From contig CACJMJ010000001.1 of the NCBI GenBank assembly GCA_902594485.1, forward strand, positions 6,574 through 70,573: a DNA stretch of 64,000 bases, read 5' to 3'. The DNA is from an uncultured Bacteroidota bacterium (GTDB lineage Bacteria > Bacteroidota > Bacteroidia > Flavobacteriales > Flavobacteriaceae). The notes below the pieces were generated by a model, which ran no database searches, was not told where the DNA came from, and worked only from the letters and a program-made list of their open reading frames with translations. This document shows positions 10,094 to 24,601 of this stretch, in pieces. Within the stretch, counting starts at the first letter, position 1. Every line of letters begins with the position of its first letter. Position numbers and translations under genes: made by a program.

Positions 10094-10169
10094 ATAATAT
10101 CTCTGATTAATCAAAGTTTTAGGAATTACTTTATTTTAATTTTCAATATAATATTATATTAGCCCACTT

Positions 10170-11180
10170 ATGGATGACCGTATACTTGATAGTGTTATTG
10201 AATTATTCTCTAAAAAGAGAAACATAATTTTAATTCCTCACAGTAGTCCTGATGCAGATGCACTTGGGAGCTGTCTCGCATTATATCATTTCTTTAAATC
10301 AAAAAATGAAGTGAATATAATTTCACCAAATGAGTATACCGAAATACTTAATTTTTTGCCAGGATCAAAAGATATTATAATCTATGAAAATGATAAAGTG
10401 AAATGTAAAAATGCATTTAAAAAAGCTGATGTTATTTTTACTTTAGATTTCAATAGTCTTAGTAGGGCAAGAAATTTATCAAGTTTAATATCAAGTTCAA
10501 AGGCAATGACTATAATGATAGACCACCATGAAAATCCTGATAACTATGCTGATATAACTATTTCAAATTCAAAGATGAGTTCGACTTGTGAAATGGTTTA
10601 TGATTTTATTTGTTCAATTGACAAAAGTAAAATTGATAATAAAATAGCAACATGTATCTATACTGGAATTGTCGCAGATACTGGATCTTTTAGATTTCCA
10701 TCTACAACATCAAAAACACTTAAGGTAGGTTCTGAATTAATCAATTATGGAGTTAATGTCACTGAAATTTTCGAAAAACTTCATAATAACTTTCAATTTA
10801 AAAGATTAAAGCTTCTAGGTTCTGCTATAAATAATTTCAAAAAAATTAAGGGATTACCCGTAGTATATACCTCAATAACTGATAGAGATCAAAAAGTCAA
10901 TGATTTTAAAAAAGGAGATAGCGAAGGATTTGTAAATTTTGGACTAAGTGTAGCTGAGATATCATGTTCAGTTCTTTTTATTGAAAAAAAGGATGAAGGC
11001 TTGATAAAAATTTCATTTAGATCTAAAGGTGATTTTAAAGTTAATATATTTGCTTCTAAATACTTTAATGGAGGTGGACACGAACATGCATCCGGAGGGA
11101 TTTCAAAATTAAGTTTAAAAGAAACTGAAAAAAAATTTGTAAGTGATATTACACAATATATAAACCAAAACAATGAATAA
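10170..11180 (+). CDS. nrnA: DHH/DHHA1-family phosphoesterase (NrnA-like oligoribonuclease/pAp phosphatase)
   Basis: DHH motifs are [14 protein letters not shown] (MIDHHEN) and DTGSFRF. The DHHA1 motif is [10 protein letters not shown]. Confidence 0.85.
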   Translation: MDDRILDSVIELFSKKRNIILIPHSSPDADALGSCLALYHFFKSKNEVNIISPNEYTEILNFLPGSKDIIIYENDKVKCKNAFKKADVIFTLDFNSLSRARNLSSLISSSKAMTIMIDHHENPDNYADITISNSKMSSTCEMVYDFICSIDKSKIDNKIATCIYTGIVADTGSFRFPSTTSKTLKVGSELINYGVNVTEIFEKLHNNFQFKRLKLLGSAINNFKKIKGLPVVYTSITDRDQKVNDFKKGDSEGFVNFGLSVAEISCSVLFIEKKDEGLIKISFRSKGDFKVNIFASKYFNGGGHEHASGGISKLSLKETEKKFVSDITQYINQNNE

Positions 11181-12183
11181 GAATTTTATACTCTTAATCT
11201 CAATACTAACTTTAAACTCATGTAATATGAATAACTATTCTGATTTATCTGAAGGACTATATGCAGATATTGAAACATCAAAAGGAAATATTATCCTTGA
11301 ACTGTATTATGAACAAGCACCAACCACTGTATCAAATTTTGTTGCTTTAGCAGAAGGGAATCATCCGGTTGTTGATGATCAACATTCTGAAAAACCTTAT
11401 TATGACGGATTAAAGTTTCATAGAGTTATTGAAAATTTCATGATTCAGGGTGGAGATCCAACAGGGACAGGATCAGGCGGACCAGGATATCAGTTTGATG
11501 ATGAGTTTAACGAAGAACTTAAACATGATGGACCAGGTATATTATCTATGGCTAATGCTGGACCTGGGACTAATGGTAGTCAATTTTTTATTACACATGT
11601 CGAGACTCCTTGGTTAGATGGCAAACATTCAATTTTTGGAAAGGTAAACACAGGTCAAGAGGTAGTTGATAATGTTGAACAGGATGACATCATTAAAAAA
11701 GTTAAAATTATTAGAGTTGGAGAAGCTGCTAAAAATTTTGATGCACCTAAAAATTTTGAGGAATACATTTCAGAAAAAAGCGAAGCTGATATCTTGAAAG
11801 CAGAAGCTGAAAAGGAAAGTATAGAGGAATTAACTATGGGAATGGAAGAGACTGAAAGTGGTTTAAAATATAAAATTTCCAAAAAAGGATCCGGACCTAA
11901 TGCAAAAACAAATGATTTATTATCTGTGCATTATTCACTTCAATTAATTGATGGTTCAGAAATTGACTCTTCATTTACACGTGGTACACCAATTGAATTT
12001 ACATGTGGTGTAGGACAGGTTATAAAAGGATGGGATGAGGCAATGCAACTCTTGAATAAAGGTTCTAAAGCAAGATTAGTAATACCAAGTGAACTTGGAT
12101 ATGGAGCAGTTGGAGCTGGGAATGGTGTAATACCTCCTAATGCAACTCTTATTTTTGATGTAGAACTAGTAGATATAAAATAA
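11173..12183 (+). CDS. Dual-domain peptidyl-prolyl isomerase lipoprotein (cyclophilin N-terminal, FKBP C-terminal)
   Basis: The lipobox is LTLNSC. The cyclophilin motifs are [32 protein letters not shown] and HSIFGKV. The FKBP motifs are [28 protein letters not shown] and [14 protein letters not shown]. Confidence 0.88.
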   Translation: MNKNFILLISILTLNSCNMNNYSDLSEGLYADIETSKGNIILELYYEQAPTTVSNFVALAEGNHPVVDDQHSEKPYYDGLKFHRVIENFMIQGGDPTGTGSGGPGYQFDDEFNEELKHDGPGILSMANAGPGTNGSQFFITHVETPWLDGKHSIFGKVNTGQEVVDNVEQDDIIKKVKIIRVGEAAKNFDAPKNFEEYISEKSEADILKAEAEKESIEELTMGMEETESGLKYKISKKGSGPNAKTNDLLSVHYSLQLIDGSEIDSSFTRGTPIEFTCGVGQVIKGWDEAMQLLNKGSKARLVIPSELGYGAVGAGNGVIPPNATLIFDVELVDIK

Positions 12184-13181
12184 TGAAGATAAAGAGTATT
12201 TTTGCTCTCGCTTTAATACCTCAAATTCTAATAGTTAATTTCATTAAAAATAATCCATCAATCATTGATGATTATTATCCAGATTATTTATACGGTAATA
12301 TTCTCAAGATAAATTCATTTTTATATTCTATTATAAATATTCCAGTAGGTGAGATTTTATATGTAATTCTTATTATTACTCTTATTTATCTGGTTTATAG
12401 AGTTTTTTCATTCAAATTAAATGATTTGGCAAACCTACTGGCATTTATTTCAATAGTCTACTTTATTTTTTATTCTTTTTGGGGATTAAATTATTTCAAA
12501 ACCTCCATCTCTGATGAATTAAGTATCAAAAATGATTATGAATTTGAAGAGTTAGACAATACATTGAATTTAATTATTAATAATATTAATGAAGAAGTTC
12601 CTTTACTTCAAGATTTTAATGAATTAGATTTTATTGAAATAACTAGCATGACTAACTTAAATGTAAAACAGTCTTTAGTACCTAGTATTCTTCTTTTTCA
12701 AACAGTTTCTGGGCACTTTATTCCATTTACATCAGAATCAGTAGTGAATTTTGATATTCCCAAAGTTGACTTACCTGTGGTTATTTTTCATGAATATGCT
12801 CATCAAATGGGATATGCAGATGAAGCTGAAGCCAGTTTTATTGGATTTATGAAAGCAGTTGAAAGCAACAATGCAAATGTTAGGTACTCAGGCTATTTCA
12901 ATGCACTTTTAAATCTTCTAAACGAAATTAATAAGAATCATAAAGAAGAATTAGAAGATTACACCTCAAAACTCAATAAAAGGGTTATATCAGACATAAA
13001 TTATTACTTGGAATTCTGGAGTAAATATTCTAATAATTATTTTGATAAAGTACAGAAATATATTTATGATTTATATTTAAAATCAAATAATCAAGAAGCT
13101 GGAATTATGACCTACAATAAAGTTTCCAATTTTATTATTGACTATTATCAAAGACAAGAATTATCAGATTTTTTTAATTGA
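12183..13181 (+). CDS. DUF3810-like membrane protein with HExxH zinc-peptidase-type motif
   Basis: N-terminal TM helices are present, along with the motif VVIFHEYAHQMGYADEAEASF. Confidence 0.6.
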   Translation: MKIKSIFALALIPQILIVNFIKNNPSIIDDYYPDYLYGNILKINSFLYSIINIPVGEILYVILIITLIYLVYRVFSFKLNDLANLLAFISIVYFIFYSFWGLNYFKTSISDELSIKNDYEFEELDNTLNLIINNINEEVPLLQDFNELDFIEITSMTNLNVKQSLVPSILLFQTVSGHFIPFTSESVVNFDIPKVDLPVVIFHEYAHQMGYADEAEASFIGFMKAVESNNANVRYSGYFNALLNLLNEINKNHKEELEDYTSKLNKRVISDINYYLEFWSKYSNNYFDKVQKYIYDLYLKSNNQEAGIMTYNKVSNFIIDYYQRQELSDFFN

Positions 13182-13239
13182 TTTACTATATTAGCATACT
13201 ATCCTAATTTTTTAGGGTCAAATTAAAAAAACTCAACAA

Positions 13240-16224
13240 ATGAAAAGATTCTTCTTTTTTTCCTTTTTTCTATCATTTGGACTATATGGGCAAGATTACT
13301 TTGTTGTCAATGATGGAGTAAAAACAAAGGATTACCAGTACAACGTTTTCACAAATGCTAATATTTATACTGATAAAGGAATTATTAATAAGGGTACTCT
13401 AGTCGAGAAGGATGGAAAGATAGTTGATTTAGGCTCAAATATTTCTATTCCAATAAATAGTATAGTTTTTGATTTAGATGGAAAGTTCATCTATCCATCT
13501 TTTATTGAAACTCATTCATCATTTGGAGTCAAGAAACCTGTGAGAAGAGGCTCTGGAAGAAGTTCTCAATATGAGCCAACTAGGAGCGGTTATTATTGGA
13601 ATGATCATATTATGAGTGATTATAATAGTTTTGGAGATTATAATTATAATCAGAAAGAAGCGAAGGGGTTAAGAGATATTGGGTTTGGAGTTGTTAACTC
13701 TCATAGAAATGATGGTGTACATAGGGGCACAAGTTTTACTATTGGTTTAATTGATAACCAAAATGAATCTTACAGAATTATTTCAAAAAAAACAGCAGAA
13801 CATTACTCTTTTTCCAAAAGTTTAACGTCTAATCAATCATACCCCTCGTCAACTATGGGTGCAATTGCATTAATAAGACAATTACACTATGATTCAAATT
13901 GGTATTCTCAAGGCTCCTCAGAGACCAAAGATTTATCTCTTGAAGCATTAATTGAAAATAAAAAATTACCCAAGCTCTTTGATGCTAATGATAAACTTAA
14001 TGTGTATAGAGCAGCTAAACTTTCGAATGAGTTTGATCTCAACTTTGTTATTAAAGGATCTGGTAAGGAATATGAAAATGTTAGAGAATTAAAAAAATTT
14101 AATAATACTTTGATCATACCAGTCAATTTTCCAAAAGCATTTGATGTATCAAATACAAATCTAAATGAGAAGCTAACAATTAATCAACTTAGATACTGGA
14201 ATCAAGCACCTACAAATTTAGGTGTATTAGAAAAAAATGGAATCAATTTTTCTATAACATCATCAGATCTTAAGAATAAAAAAGACTTTTTGAAAAACAT
14301 AAGAAAAGCTATCAAGAATGGGCTTTCTGAAAAGGCTGCTCTTGATGCATTAACAATAATCCCAGCAAAATCTTTAAACTTAAATGACAAAATTGGAGAA
14401 TTAGATAAAGGTTTCATAGCAAATTTTTTAATTACCTCAGGTCCAATTTTTGATGATAAAACTGAGATAAATGAAAATTGGGTAAAAGGTCAAAGACATA
14501 TAGTTAAGAGTAATGACAATGTAAATATTGATGGTAACTATACCTTTAATATTAATGACAAATCATATCAGGTAAAAATCTCCAATAGCTTATTGAGACC
14601 CAAAGCTAATGTTAAGAGGGATTCTATTAATATCAAATCAAAAACTTCATTAGTTGATGATTGGCTTAGTGTTACTTTTTTTGATAGTATAGATGGGAGA
14701 TCATCTTTCGCTCAAATTTCTTCCAAGATTAGTTCGACAGATAATTTAAGTGGAAGGGGTATAGATTTTAATAACGAAGCATTCTTATTTAATATTCCAA
14801 AAAATAAGGCTAAAAAGGAAAGTGAATCTAAAAGGAAAAATAGTCCTGGTGAAACCTTTGTTTCAGATGTTACTTTCCCCAACGTTGGATTTGGAATTAG
14901 TTCAATTCCTGAAAGCAGATCAATTCATTTTAAAAATGCTACTCTTTGGACTAATGAAGAAGAGGGTATAATTGAGAATACAGATATTATAATTGATAAC
15001 GGAAAGATTATTGAAATTGGCAAGAATCTTAAAACACCACCTAATTTCTCAGTTATTGATGCGTCTAATAAACATATAACATCAGGTATAGTTGATGAGC
15101 ATTCGCATATGGCTGCTACAAGCATTAATGAAGGTGGTCATAATTCTTCAGCAGAAGTATCGATAATGGATGTTATTAATCCAGATGATATAAGTATTTA
15201 TAGGAATTTAGCTGGTGGAGTTACAACTGTCCAAATTCTTCATGGATCTGCTAACCCAATAGGTGGACAGTCTGCTATAATTAAGTTAAAGTGGGGGTCT
15301 GAAATAGACAATATGTTTTTTAAAGGGGCTGATCCTTTCATAAAATTTGCTTTAGGTGAGAATGTTAAACAATCTAATTGGAGTGGTTCAAGATTCCCTC
15401 AAACAAGAATGGGTGTTGAACAGGTATTTGTAGATCATTTTGACAGGGCAAAACATTATGGAGAAACCTGGAATCAATACAATTCGCTTAACAATAGGGA
15501 AAAAAGATCAGTGAATAAGCCTCGATATGATGAAGAACTAGAGACACTCTTGGAGGTTATTGATGGCAAAAGGTTTATCTCTAGTCACTCATATGTTCAA
15601 AGTGAAATAAACATGCTAATGAAAGTTGCAGAAAAATTTGATTTTAGAATAAAAATTTTCACACATATTTTAGAGGGCTACAAAGTTGCTGATAAAATGG
15701 CCAAGCATGGAGTTGGTGGATCAACTTTTTCGGACTGGTGGGGTTATAAGTTCGAAGTTAATGATGCAATACCATTTAATGCCTCAATTATGCACAACGC
15801 AGGAGTTACAGTTGCACTTAACTCTGATAATTCTGAGCTTTCAAGAAGATTAAACTTAGAGGCAGCAAAGGCATTCAAATATGGTAATATTTCAGAAGAG
15901 GAAGCCTGGAAATTTGTAACGCTCAACCCAGCTAAACTTCTTAATCTAGATAATAGAATCGGTAGCCTTAAAGTTGGTAAAGATGCTGATATTGTAATGT
16001 GGAGTGGACATCCAATGTCACTCTATACAAAAGCAGAGAAAACATATATTGAGGGTGCATTATACTTTGATATAGATAAACACAAAACAAAGCTGGAAAA
16101 GATTAAAAACGAAAAGTCTGAACTTATTAAGCTAATGTTTGCAGAAAATACTCCTGGAGCAAATCTTAAATTTCCAAATCCATTACCTCAAATAGAGGTT
16201 GATTGTGACTACATTGAATTTTAA
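13240..16224 (+). CDS. Secreted amidohydrolase-family protein made of two tandem amidohydrolase-like modules
   Basis: It has a signal peptide. The C-terminal module carries the canonical metal site GIVDEHSHMAA (15094..15108) and the tail GSLKVGKDADIVMW. The N-terminal module has the degenerate site FIETHSSFG and the tail GELDKGFIANFLI. Confidence 0.8.
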   Translation: MKRFFFFSFFLSFGLYGQDYFVVNDGVKTKDYQYNVFTNANIYTDKGIINKGTLVEKDGKIVDLGSNISIPINSIVFDLDGKFIYPSFIETHSSFGVKKPVRRGSGRSSQYEPTRSGYYWNDHIMSDYNSFGDYNYNQKEAKGLRDIGFGVVNSHRNDGVHRGTSFTIGLIDNQNESYRIISKKTAEHYSFSKSLTSNQSYPSSTMGAIALIRQLHYDSNWYSQGSSETKDLSLEALIENKKLPKLFDANDKLNVYRAAKLSNEFDLNFVIKGSGKEYENVRELKKFNNTLIIPVNFPKAFDVSNTNLNEKLTINQLRYWNQAPTNLGVLEKNGINFSITSSDLKNKKDFLKNIRKAIKNGLSEKAALDALTIIPAKSLNLNDKIGELDKGFIANFLITSGPIFDDKTEINENWVKGQRHIVKSNDNVNIDGNYTFNINDKSYQVKISNSLLRPKANVKRDSINIKSKTSLVDDWLSVTFFDSIDGRSSFAQISSKISSTDNLSGRGIDFNNEAFLFNIPKNKAKKESESKRKNSPGETFVSDVTFPNVGFGISSIPESRSIHFKNATLWTNEEEGIIENTDIIIDNGKIIEIGKNLKTPPNFSVIDASNKHITSGIVDEHSHMAATSINEGGHNSSAEVSIMDVINPDDISIYRNLAGGVTTVQILHGSANPIGGQSAIIKLKWGSEIDNMFFKGADPFIKFALGENVKQSNWSGSRFPQTRMGVEQVFVDHFDRAKHYGETWNQYNSLNNREKRSVNKPRYDEELETLLEVIDGKRFISSHSYVQSEINMLMKVAEKFDFRIKIFTHILEGYKVADKMAKHGVGGSTFSDWWGYKFEVNDAIPFNASIMHNAGVTVALNSDNSELSRRLNLEAAKAFKYGNISEEEAWKFVTLNPAKLLNLDNRIGSLKVGKDADIVMWSGHPMSLYTKAEKTYIEGALYFDIDKHKTKLEKIKNEKSELIKLMFAENTPGANLKFPNPLPQIEVDCDYIEF

Positions 16225-16227
16225 ATT

Positions 16228-17535
16228 ATGAAAAAAATTATACTACTTAACATTTTATTTTTTAATATAATTTATTCACAGCAAACACCTGCTCCAGATC
16301 AGGATAAGTCAGTATTAATTTTTGGAGCGGTTGCTCACATTGGGAATGGTGAGACTATTAAAAATAGTATTATTGGTTTTAATGATGGTGTTATTGATTT
16401 AGTTGCACAATCAGACACTAACATTCTTAAAGAGAATATCAAAGAGTATGATACAATTATTGACGCAACAAATTCTCATGTCTATCCTGGAATTATTGCT
16501 TTAAATACTAATCTTGGACTTGTAGAGATTGATGCTGTTAGAGCTTCTGTAGATGATGACGAAACTGGAACATATTTACCAGAAATTCGGTCTATCATAG
16601 CTTACAATGCAGAATCTAAAGCAGTAGAGAGTATGAGACCTAATGGAGTTCTTCTTGCACAAGTTGCTCCCAACGGAGGTATTATTTCTGGTAAATCATC
16701 CGTAGTTCAGTTTGATGCGTGGAATTGGGAAGATGCCGTTATAGAATACGATCAAGGAATTCATATAAATTGGCCAAGTCCATATACATATGGTAGATGG
16801 TGGCTTGGTGAAGACAGAGGATTAAAAGCTAATAGTAATTATAGCAAACAGATTAAAGGTTTAAAAGATTTCTTTGATAAATCAAAAGCAAATATGTCCG
16901 TAAAAAAATCAATGAACCTCAAGAGTAATGCTATGAAACCTCTTTTTGATGGTTTAATAACAGTTTACCTATATGCTGATGATGAAAAAGAAATTGTAGA
17001 TGGTATAACTTTTTTAAAAGGCTATGGAATTAACAAAATTGTAATTGTAGGTGCTACAGAATCTAAAAATCAATTGAACTTTATTAAGAAAAATAATATT
17101 CCCGTTGTTGTAAAGCAACCTTACAGATTTCCACAATCAACTGACTCAGATCCTATGGAAACTTTTGAGATTGCAAAAAAAATGTTAGATCAAGGCATAC
17201 TAGTTAGTATTGATCCTACTGGAACTGCATCAGCTAGAGTATCAATTCGTAATTTACCTTTCTATGCTGGTAGTTTTTCTAGTTTTGGCATTGATAAGGA
17301 AATTGCTTTGTCTCTAATTACTCTAAATCCTGCTAAAATTCTTGGAATTGATAAAGATTTTGGAACTTTAGAAGTAGGAAAAAGTGCTACTTTATTTATT
17401 TCTAGCGGAGATGCACTTGACATCATTTCAAATGATGTTACGCATGCATTTATATCAGGAAGAGGGCTTAGTCTTGAAACTCATCAAACTAGATTATGGA
17501 GGAGATATTCAAATAAATATTCAGATTCTCAATAA
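16228..17535 (+). CDS. Secreted amidohydrolase-like protein lacking the HxH metal motif
   Basis: It has a signal peptide and an amidohydrolase-type layout (VYPGIIALNTNLGLVEIDAVRA in place of DxHxH, and the tail GTLEVGKSATLFISSGD). It lies 3 nt after the preceding amidohydrolase. Confidence 0.72.
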   Translation: MKKIILLNILFFNIIYSQQTPAPDQDKSVLIFGAVAHIGNGETIKNSIIGFNDGVIDLVAQSDTNILKENIKEYDTIIDATNSHVYPGIIALNTNLGLVEIDAVRASVDDDETGTYLPEIRSIIAYNAESKAVESMRPNGVLLAQVAPNGGIISGKSSVVQFDAWNWEDAVIEYDQGIHINWPSPYTYGRWWLGEDRGLKANSNYSKQIKGLKDFFDKSKANMSVKKSMNLKSNAMKPLFDGLITVYLYADDEKEIVDGITFLKGYGINKIVIVGATESKNQLNFIKKNNIPVVVKQPYRFPQSTDSDPMETFEIAKKMLDQGILVSIDPTGTASARVSIRNLPFYAGSFSSFGIDKEIALSLITLNPAKILGIDKDFGTLEVGKSATLFISSGDALDIISNDVTHAFISGRGLSLETHQTRLWRRYSNKYSDSQ

Positions 17536-17593
17536 TAATAACCCTTTCAATCCATAATTATTATTTGTAAATTTAGATAACTAAAATTTACAA

Positions 17594-19795
17594 GTGCTAA
17601 TTGAAAATAAAATATTACCTAAAAGTATATCTGATCTTTATGATGATTTAATAGATAGTAGCTATCAAAAAATATCATCAAAAGAAAAAAAGGTAATATA
17701 TCAGTCTCTTGTTATAGCTTTTAATGGTCATGATGGTCAGATGAGAAAATCTGGCGAACCCTACATTCATCATCCTATAGAAGTTGCAAAAATTGTTGCA
17801 AAAGATATTGGACTTGATTACATATCAATAGCTTCAGCACTTCTTCATGATGTTGTTGAGGATACTGATGTTACTTTTAAAGATCTAAATGAAAGTGTTG
17901 GAAATGAAATCTCAAGAATTGTAAATGGATTAACAAAAATATCAACCTTAAAAAAGAATGAGGACTATTCAATTCAAGCTGAAAATTACAGGAGGATGCT
18001 ACTTACTCTTCATAGTGATATAAGAGTTATATTAATTAAAACAGCTGATAGACTCCATAATATGAGAACAATTGACTTTCTATCTAAAGCTAAGCAAGAT
18101 CAAATGGCATCTGAATCACTATATATCTATGCACCTTTAGCACATAGAGTTGGCCTTTATAATATTAAAAATGAACTTGAAGATTTGAGCCTAAGAATTC
18201 TTGAGACAAGAAAATATAATCTAATAAAAAATAAAATTGATAAAGAATCTGTAAATCAAGAGAAGTATGTTGAAACATTTAAAAGTCTTATTAATAACAA
18301 CCTTGATGATCAAAAAATTAAATACTCCATAATTGGAAGGAATAAGTCAATTTATTCCATTCATAATAAAATTCAAAAGAAGAATATATCGTTTGATGAG
18401 GTATATGATCGATTTGCTATTAGAATTATATATAAGTCAACTCCAAAAAATGAGAAATTTATAGCTTGGAAAATATATTCAATCATTACTGATCATTTTA
18501 CTTCCAACCCAACAAGGCTAAGAGATTGGATTACTCTTCCTAAAACTAATGGATATGAAGCACTACATCTAACAGTTGTAGGGCCTAAAAATAAGTGGGT
18601 AGAAATTCAAATAAGGTCAGAAAGAATGAATGAGATTGCTGAGAAAGGTTATGCAGCACATTATGGATATAAACATAAGGAATCAAAGAAAAATGAGGTT
18701 GATCTTTGGTTAAATAGACTTCAAGAAGTTTTAACTCATGATAATGAACATGCTGTGGATTTTGTCGAAGATTTTAAATTAAATTTTTATTCAAAAGAAA
18801 TCTATGTTTTTACTCCAAATGGAGATTTAAAATCACTCAGAAGTGGATCAAGTGCATTAGACTTTGCATTCCATGTCCACACAGATGTTGGAATTAAAAC
18901 TAGAGGAGCAAGAGTTAATGGAAAACTTGTGCCTCTTAGTCATACACTAAAAAGTGGAGATCAAGTAGAAATTATTACATCAGAGAATGTTAAACCAAAT
19001 GTAAACTGGTTAAGCTTTGTTGAAACTTCTAAAGCAAAATCTAAGATAAAATCTTCAATTAATGAAGAGAAAAAAAGAATATCATTAGACGGAAAGGAAA
19101 TTTTAGAAAGGAAGCTGAAGCAATTAAAAATAAAACTCGATGATAAAGTCTCGGGTCAAATGATGAAATTTTTTAAAATTAATGCGAGTAACGATCTATT
19201 CTATAAAATTGGAACTGGATCTATTGATAATAAGCAGATTAAAAGCTTTGCTAATGACTATAACAGCTACATTGGATTCTTCAAGAGAAGGATTGGTTCA
19301 AATACTAATAAAGTTGATAAAATATCGGAATCTGCAAATTTTATAAAGTTTGATAAGCTAGTATTTGGAAAGGAAAAAGAAATGCTAAAATATTCAATAG
19401 CTACCTGCTGTAATCCTATACCAGGTGATAAGGTTTTTGGGTTTATATCTGTAAAAGATGGAATAAAAGTTCATAAACAAGATTGTCCTAATTCAATTTC
19501 ACTGAGATCAAATTACGCATATAGGATTATCTCAGCTAACTGGATAGATTCGGAGAATCATGAATTTAATGCACAAATACAAGTAAGTGGAATTGATGAT
19601 ATTGGTTTAATAAATAGTATTACCTCATTAATTTCTAATTCAATGAATGTTAATATGAATAGGATATCTTTTGAAACAAATGATGGAACATTCTCAGGAT
19701 TTGTAAGTGTAGAAGTAAAAAATAAAGTAATTTTGAATAAATTATTAAAAAAACTTTCTTCAATTGATGGAATTGAAAAAGTGTCAAGAAAATAA
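17594..19795 (+). CDS. Bifunctional RelA/SpoT-family (p)ppGpp synthetase/hydrolase
   Basis: The HD hydrolase motifs are HHPIEVA and LLHDVVEDT. The synthetase motifs are GYEALHLTV and EIQIRSERMNEIAEKG. TGS and C-terminal ACT-like regions follow. The GTG start is forced by an in-frame TAA at 17582. Confidence 0.92.
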   Translation: MLIENKILPKSISDLYDDLIDSSYQKISSKEKKVIYQSLVIAFNGHDGQMRKSGEPYIHHPIEVAKIVAKDIGLDYISIASALLHDVVEDTDVTFKDLNESVGNEISRIVNGLTKISTLKKNEDYSIQAENYRRMLLTLHSDIRVILIKTADRLHNMRTIDFLSKAKQDQMASESLYIYAPLAHRVGLYNIKNELEDLSLRILETRKYNLIKNKIDKESVNQEKYVETFKSLINNNLDDQKIKYSIIGRNKSIYSIHNKIQKKNISFDEVYDRFAIRIIYKSTPKNEKFIAWKIYSIITDHFTSNPTRLRDWITLPKTNGYEALHLTVVGPKNKWVEIQIRSERMNEIAEKGYAAHYGYKHKESKKNEVDLWLNRLQEVLTHDNEHAVDFVEDFKLNFYSKEIYVFTPNGDLKSLRSGSSALDFAFHVHTDVGIKTRGARVNGKLVPLSHTLKSGDQVEIITSENVKPNVNWLSFVETSKAKSKIKSSINEEKKRISLDGKEILERKLKQLKIKLDDKVSGQMMKFFKINASNDLFYKIGTGSIDNKQIKSFANDYNSYIGFFKRRIGSNTNKVDKISESANFIKFDKLVFGKEKEMLKYSIATCCNPIPGDKVFGFISVKDGIKVHKQDCPNSISLRSNYAYRIISANWIDSENHEFNAQIQVSGIDDIGLINSITSLISNSMNVNMNRISFETNDGTFSGFVSVEVKNKVILNKLLKKLSSIDGIEKVSRK

Positions 19796-19800
19796 TAAGA

Positions 19801-23139
<3,339 letters not shown>

Positions 23140-23227
23140 ACTGACATGTTAATTATTTTGTTGAAAATAATTTCATTGCAAAATAATACAGGTTCATGTG
23201 ATAACTAACTTAGATAAAAAATAACCT

Positions 23228-24583
23228 TTGAGTAATCTAAGTAGTTCAATTTTAAAATTCGAGGAAATGTTAAAGACAAATACTGTCTTTTACTTTGACT
23301 CAACTGAATTCATCTCAATTTCTCACCACTATATAGATCAAGCTAATTATTCTCTTGCTGAGAAATCAATTAAAATGGGGTTAGATCAGCATCCAAATAA
23401 TACTGATCTAATGCTTCTGAACTCTGAATTGCTAATATTCAACTCAAAATATGAAGATGCATATAAGATATTAAACTATTTAGAAGAAGTTGATCCTGAA
23501 AATAGAGAGGTATATCTTCAGAAGGCAACTATTTATTCAAAGAATAATCTCAATGATGAAGCTATTGCTATTTTAAAAAGAGCTCTTCTTTTTATAGATG
23601 ATAAATTAGAGATATGGAATATGATTGCTATGGAATTCCTTTTAAATGAGGATTTTAACTCAGCTATTCCATTTTTTAAAAAGTGCCTTGAGTACGATAA
23701 TGAAGACTACCAGTCTTTATATAATTTGATTTTTTGTTATGAGAATCTAGATATGATTGAGGAATCAATTAGTGAGTTAAGCTCAGTTCTTGAGAAAAGG
23801 CCTTATTCAAAAATAGCTTGGCATCAACTAGGTAAGATTTATAATAAACAACAAAAATTTAAAGAGAGTATATCAGCTTTTGATTTTGCAATCATCTCAG
23901 ATGATCAATTTGTTTCAGCATATATAGAGAAGGCAAAAGTTCTAGAGAAAGTGGGTAGAGTTAATGAAGCATTAGATAATTTTAGATTATCAATAGAACT
24001 TAGTGAACCTAACTCATATATCTATTATAGAATTTCTAAATGCTACAGAAAATTAAATAATAAAAAGTTATTCCTCAACTATATCAAAAAAGCTGTTAGA
24101 GAGGAACCAGGTAATGAAAAAGCTTGGTTATTACTAATTAGATATTACCTAAAAAAGAAAAATTTAAGACAAGCAAAATACTTATGTTCCAAGGCACTTG
24201 ATAATAATCATAATAGCATTAAGCTTCTTGAAATGAGTTCTAAAATTCAACACAAAACTGAATGCTACGAAGAGGCCATTAAATCTTACAATCAGATTCT
24301 TAATTTTAAAGAAGATATTTCATGGAGAGTATGGAAGAGCTATATGAAATGCTTAATTGATGCTAAGCTTTGGCCAGAACTTCTTAAAGTATCCTTAAAA
24401 GCAAAAAAACATTATCCTAATAAAGCATTTATTGATTTTACAATAAGTGGGTGCCTTCTAAAAGATGGAAAATTAAATGAAGCTATTTATTTCTTTCAAA
24501 GTGGTAATAAAGTTTGTGAAGTTCCTATTAAGCTAATTGAGTCATTTCCAGAATTTACTGAAAACAGGACTTTACTTGTTTAA
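23228..24583 (+). CDS. Tetratricopeptide-repeat protein
   Basis: There are many TPR-like 34-aa repeats (AWHQLGKIYNKQQKFKESISAFDFAI and others). The start is uncertain: TTG at 23228 or the ATG 13 codons downstream. Confidence 0.65.
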   Translation: MSNLSSSILKFEEMLKTNTVFYFDSTEFISISHHYIDQANYSLAEKSIKMGLDQHPNNTDLMLLNSELLIFNSKYEDAYKILNYLEEVDPENREVYLQKATIYSKNNLNDEAIAILKRALLFIDDKLEIWNMIAMEFLLNEDFNSAIPFFKKCLEYDNEDYQSLYNLIFCYENLDMIEESISELSSVLEKRPYSKIAWHQLGKIYNKQQKFKESISAFDFAIISDDQFVSAYIEKAKVLEKVGRVNEALDNFRLSIELSEPNSYIYYRISKCYRKLNNKKLFLNYIKKAVREEPGNEKAWLLLIRYYLKKKNLRQAKYLCSKALDNNHNSIKLLEMSSKIQHKTECYEEAIKSYNQILNFKEDISWRVWKSYMKCLIDAKLWPELLKVSLKAKKHYPNKAFIDFTISGCLLKDGKLNEAIYFFQSGNKVCEVPIKLIESFPEFTENRTLLV

Positions 24584-24601
24584 TTTATTTTATATTAAAA
24601 T

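Noticed and set aside
23151-23172. AT-only hairpins after the OstA-like gene (AATTATTTT-GTTG-AAAATAATT) and after lysA (37913..37933, TTATTGT-N7-ACAATAA). I considered them as possible terminators.
   Set aside because: The stems contain only A/T or nearly only A/T pairs and lack a clear downstream T-run. They are too weak to call as intrinsic terminators without 3'-end data.
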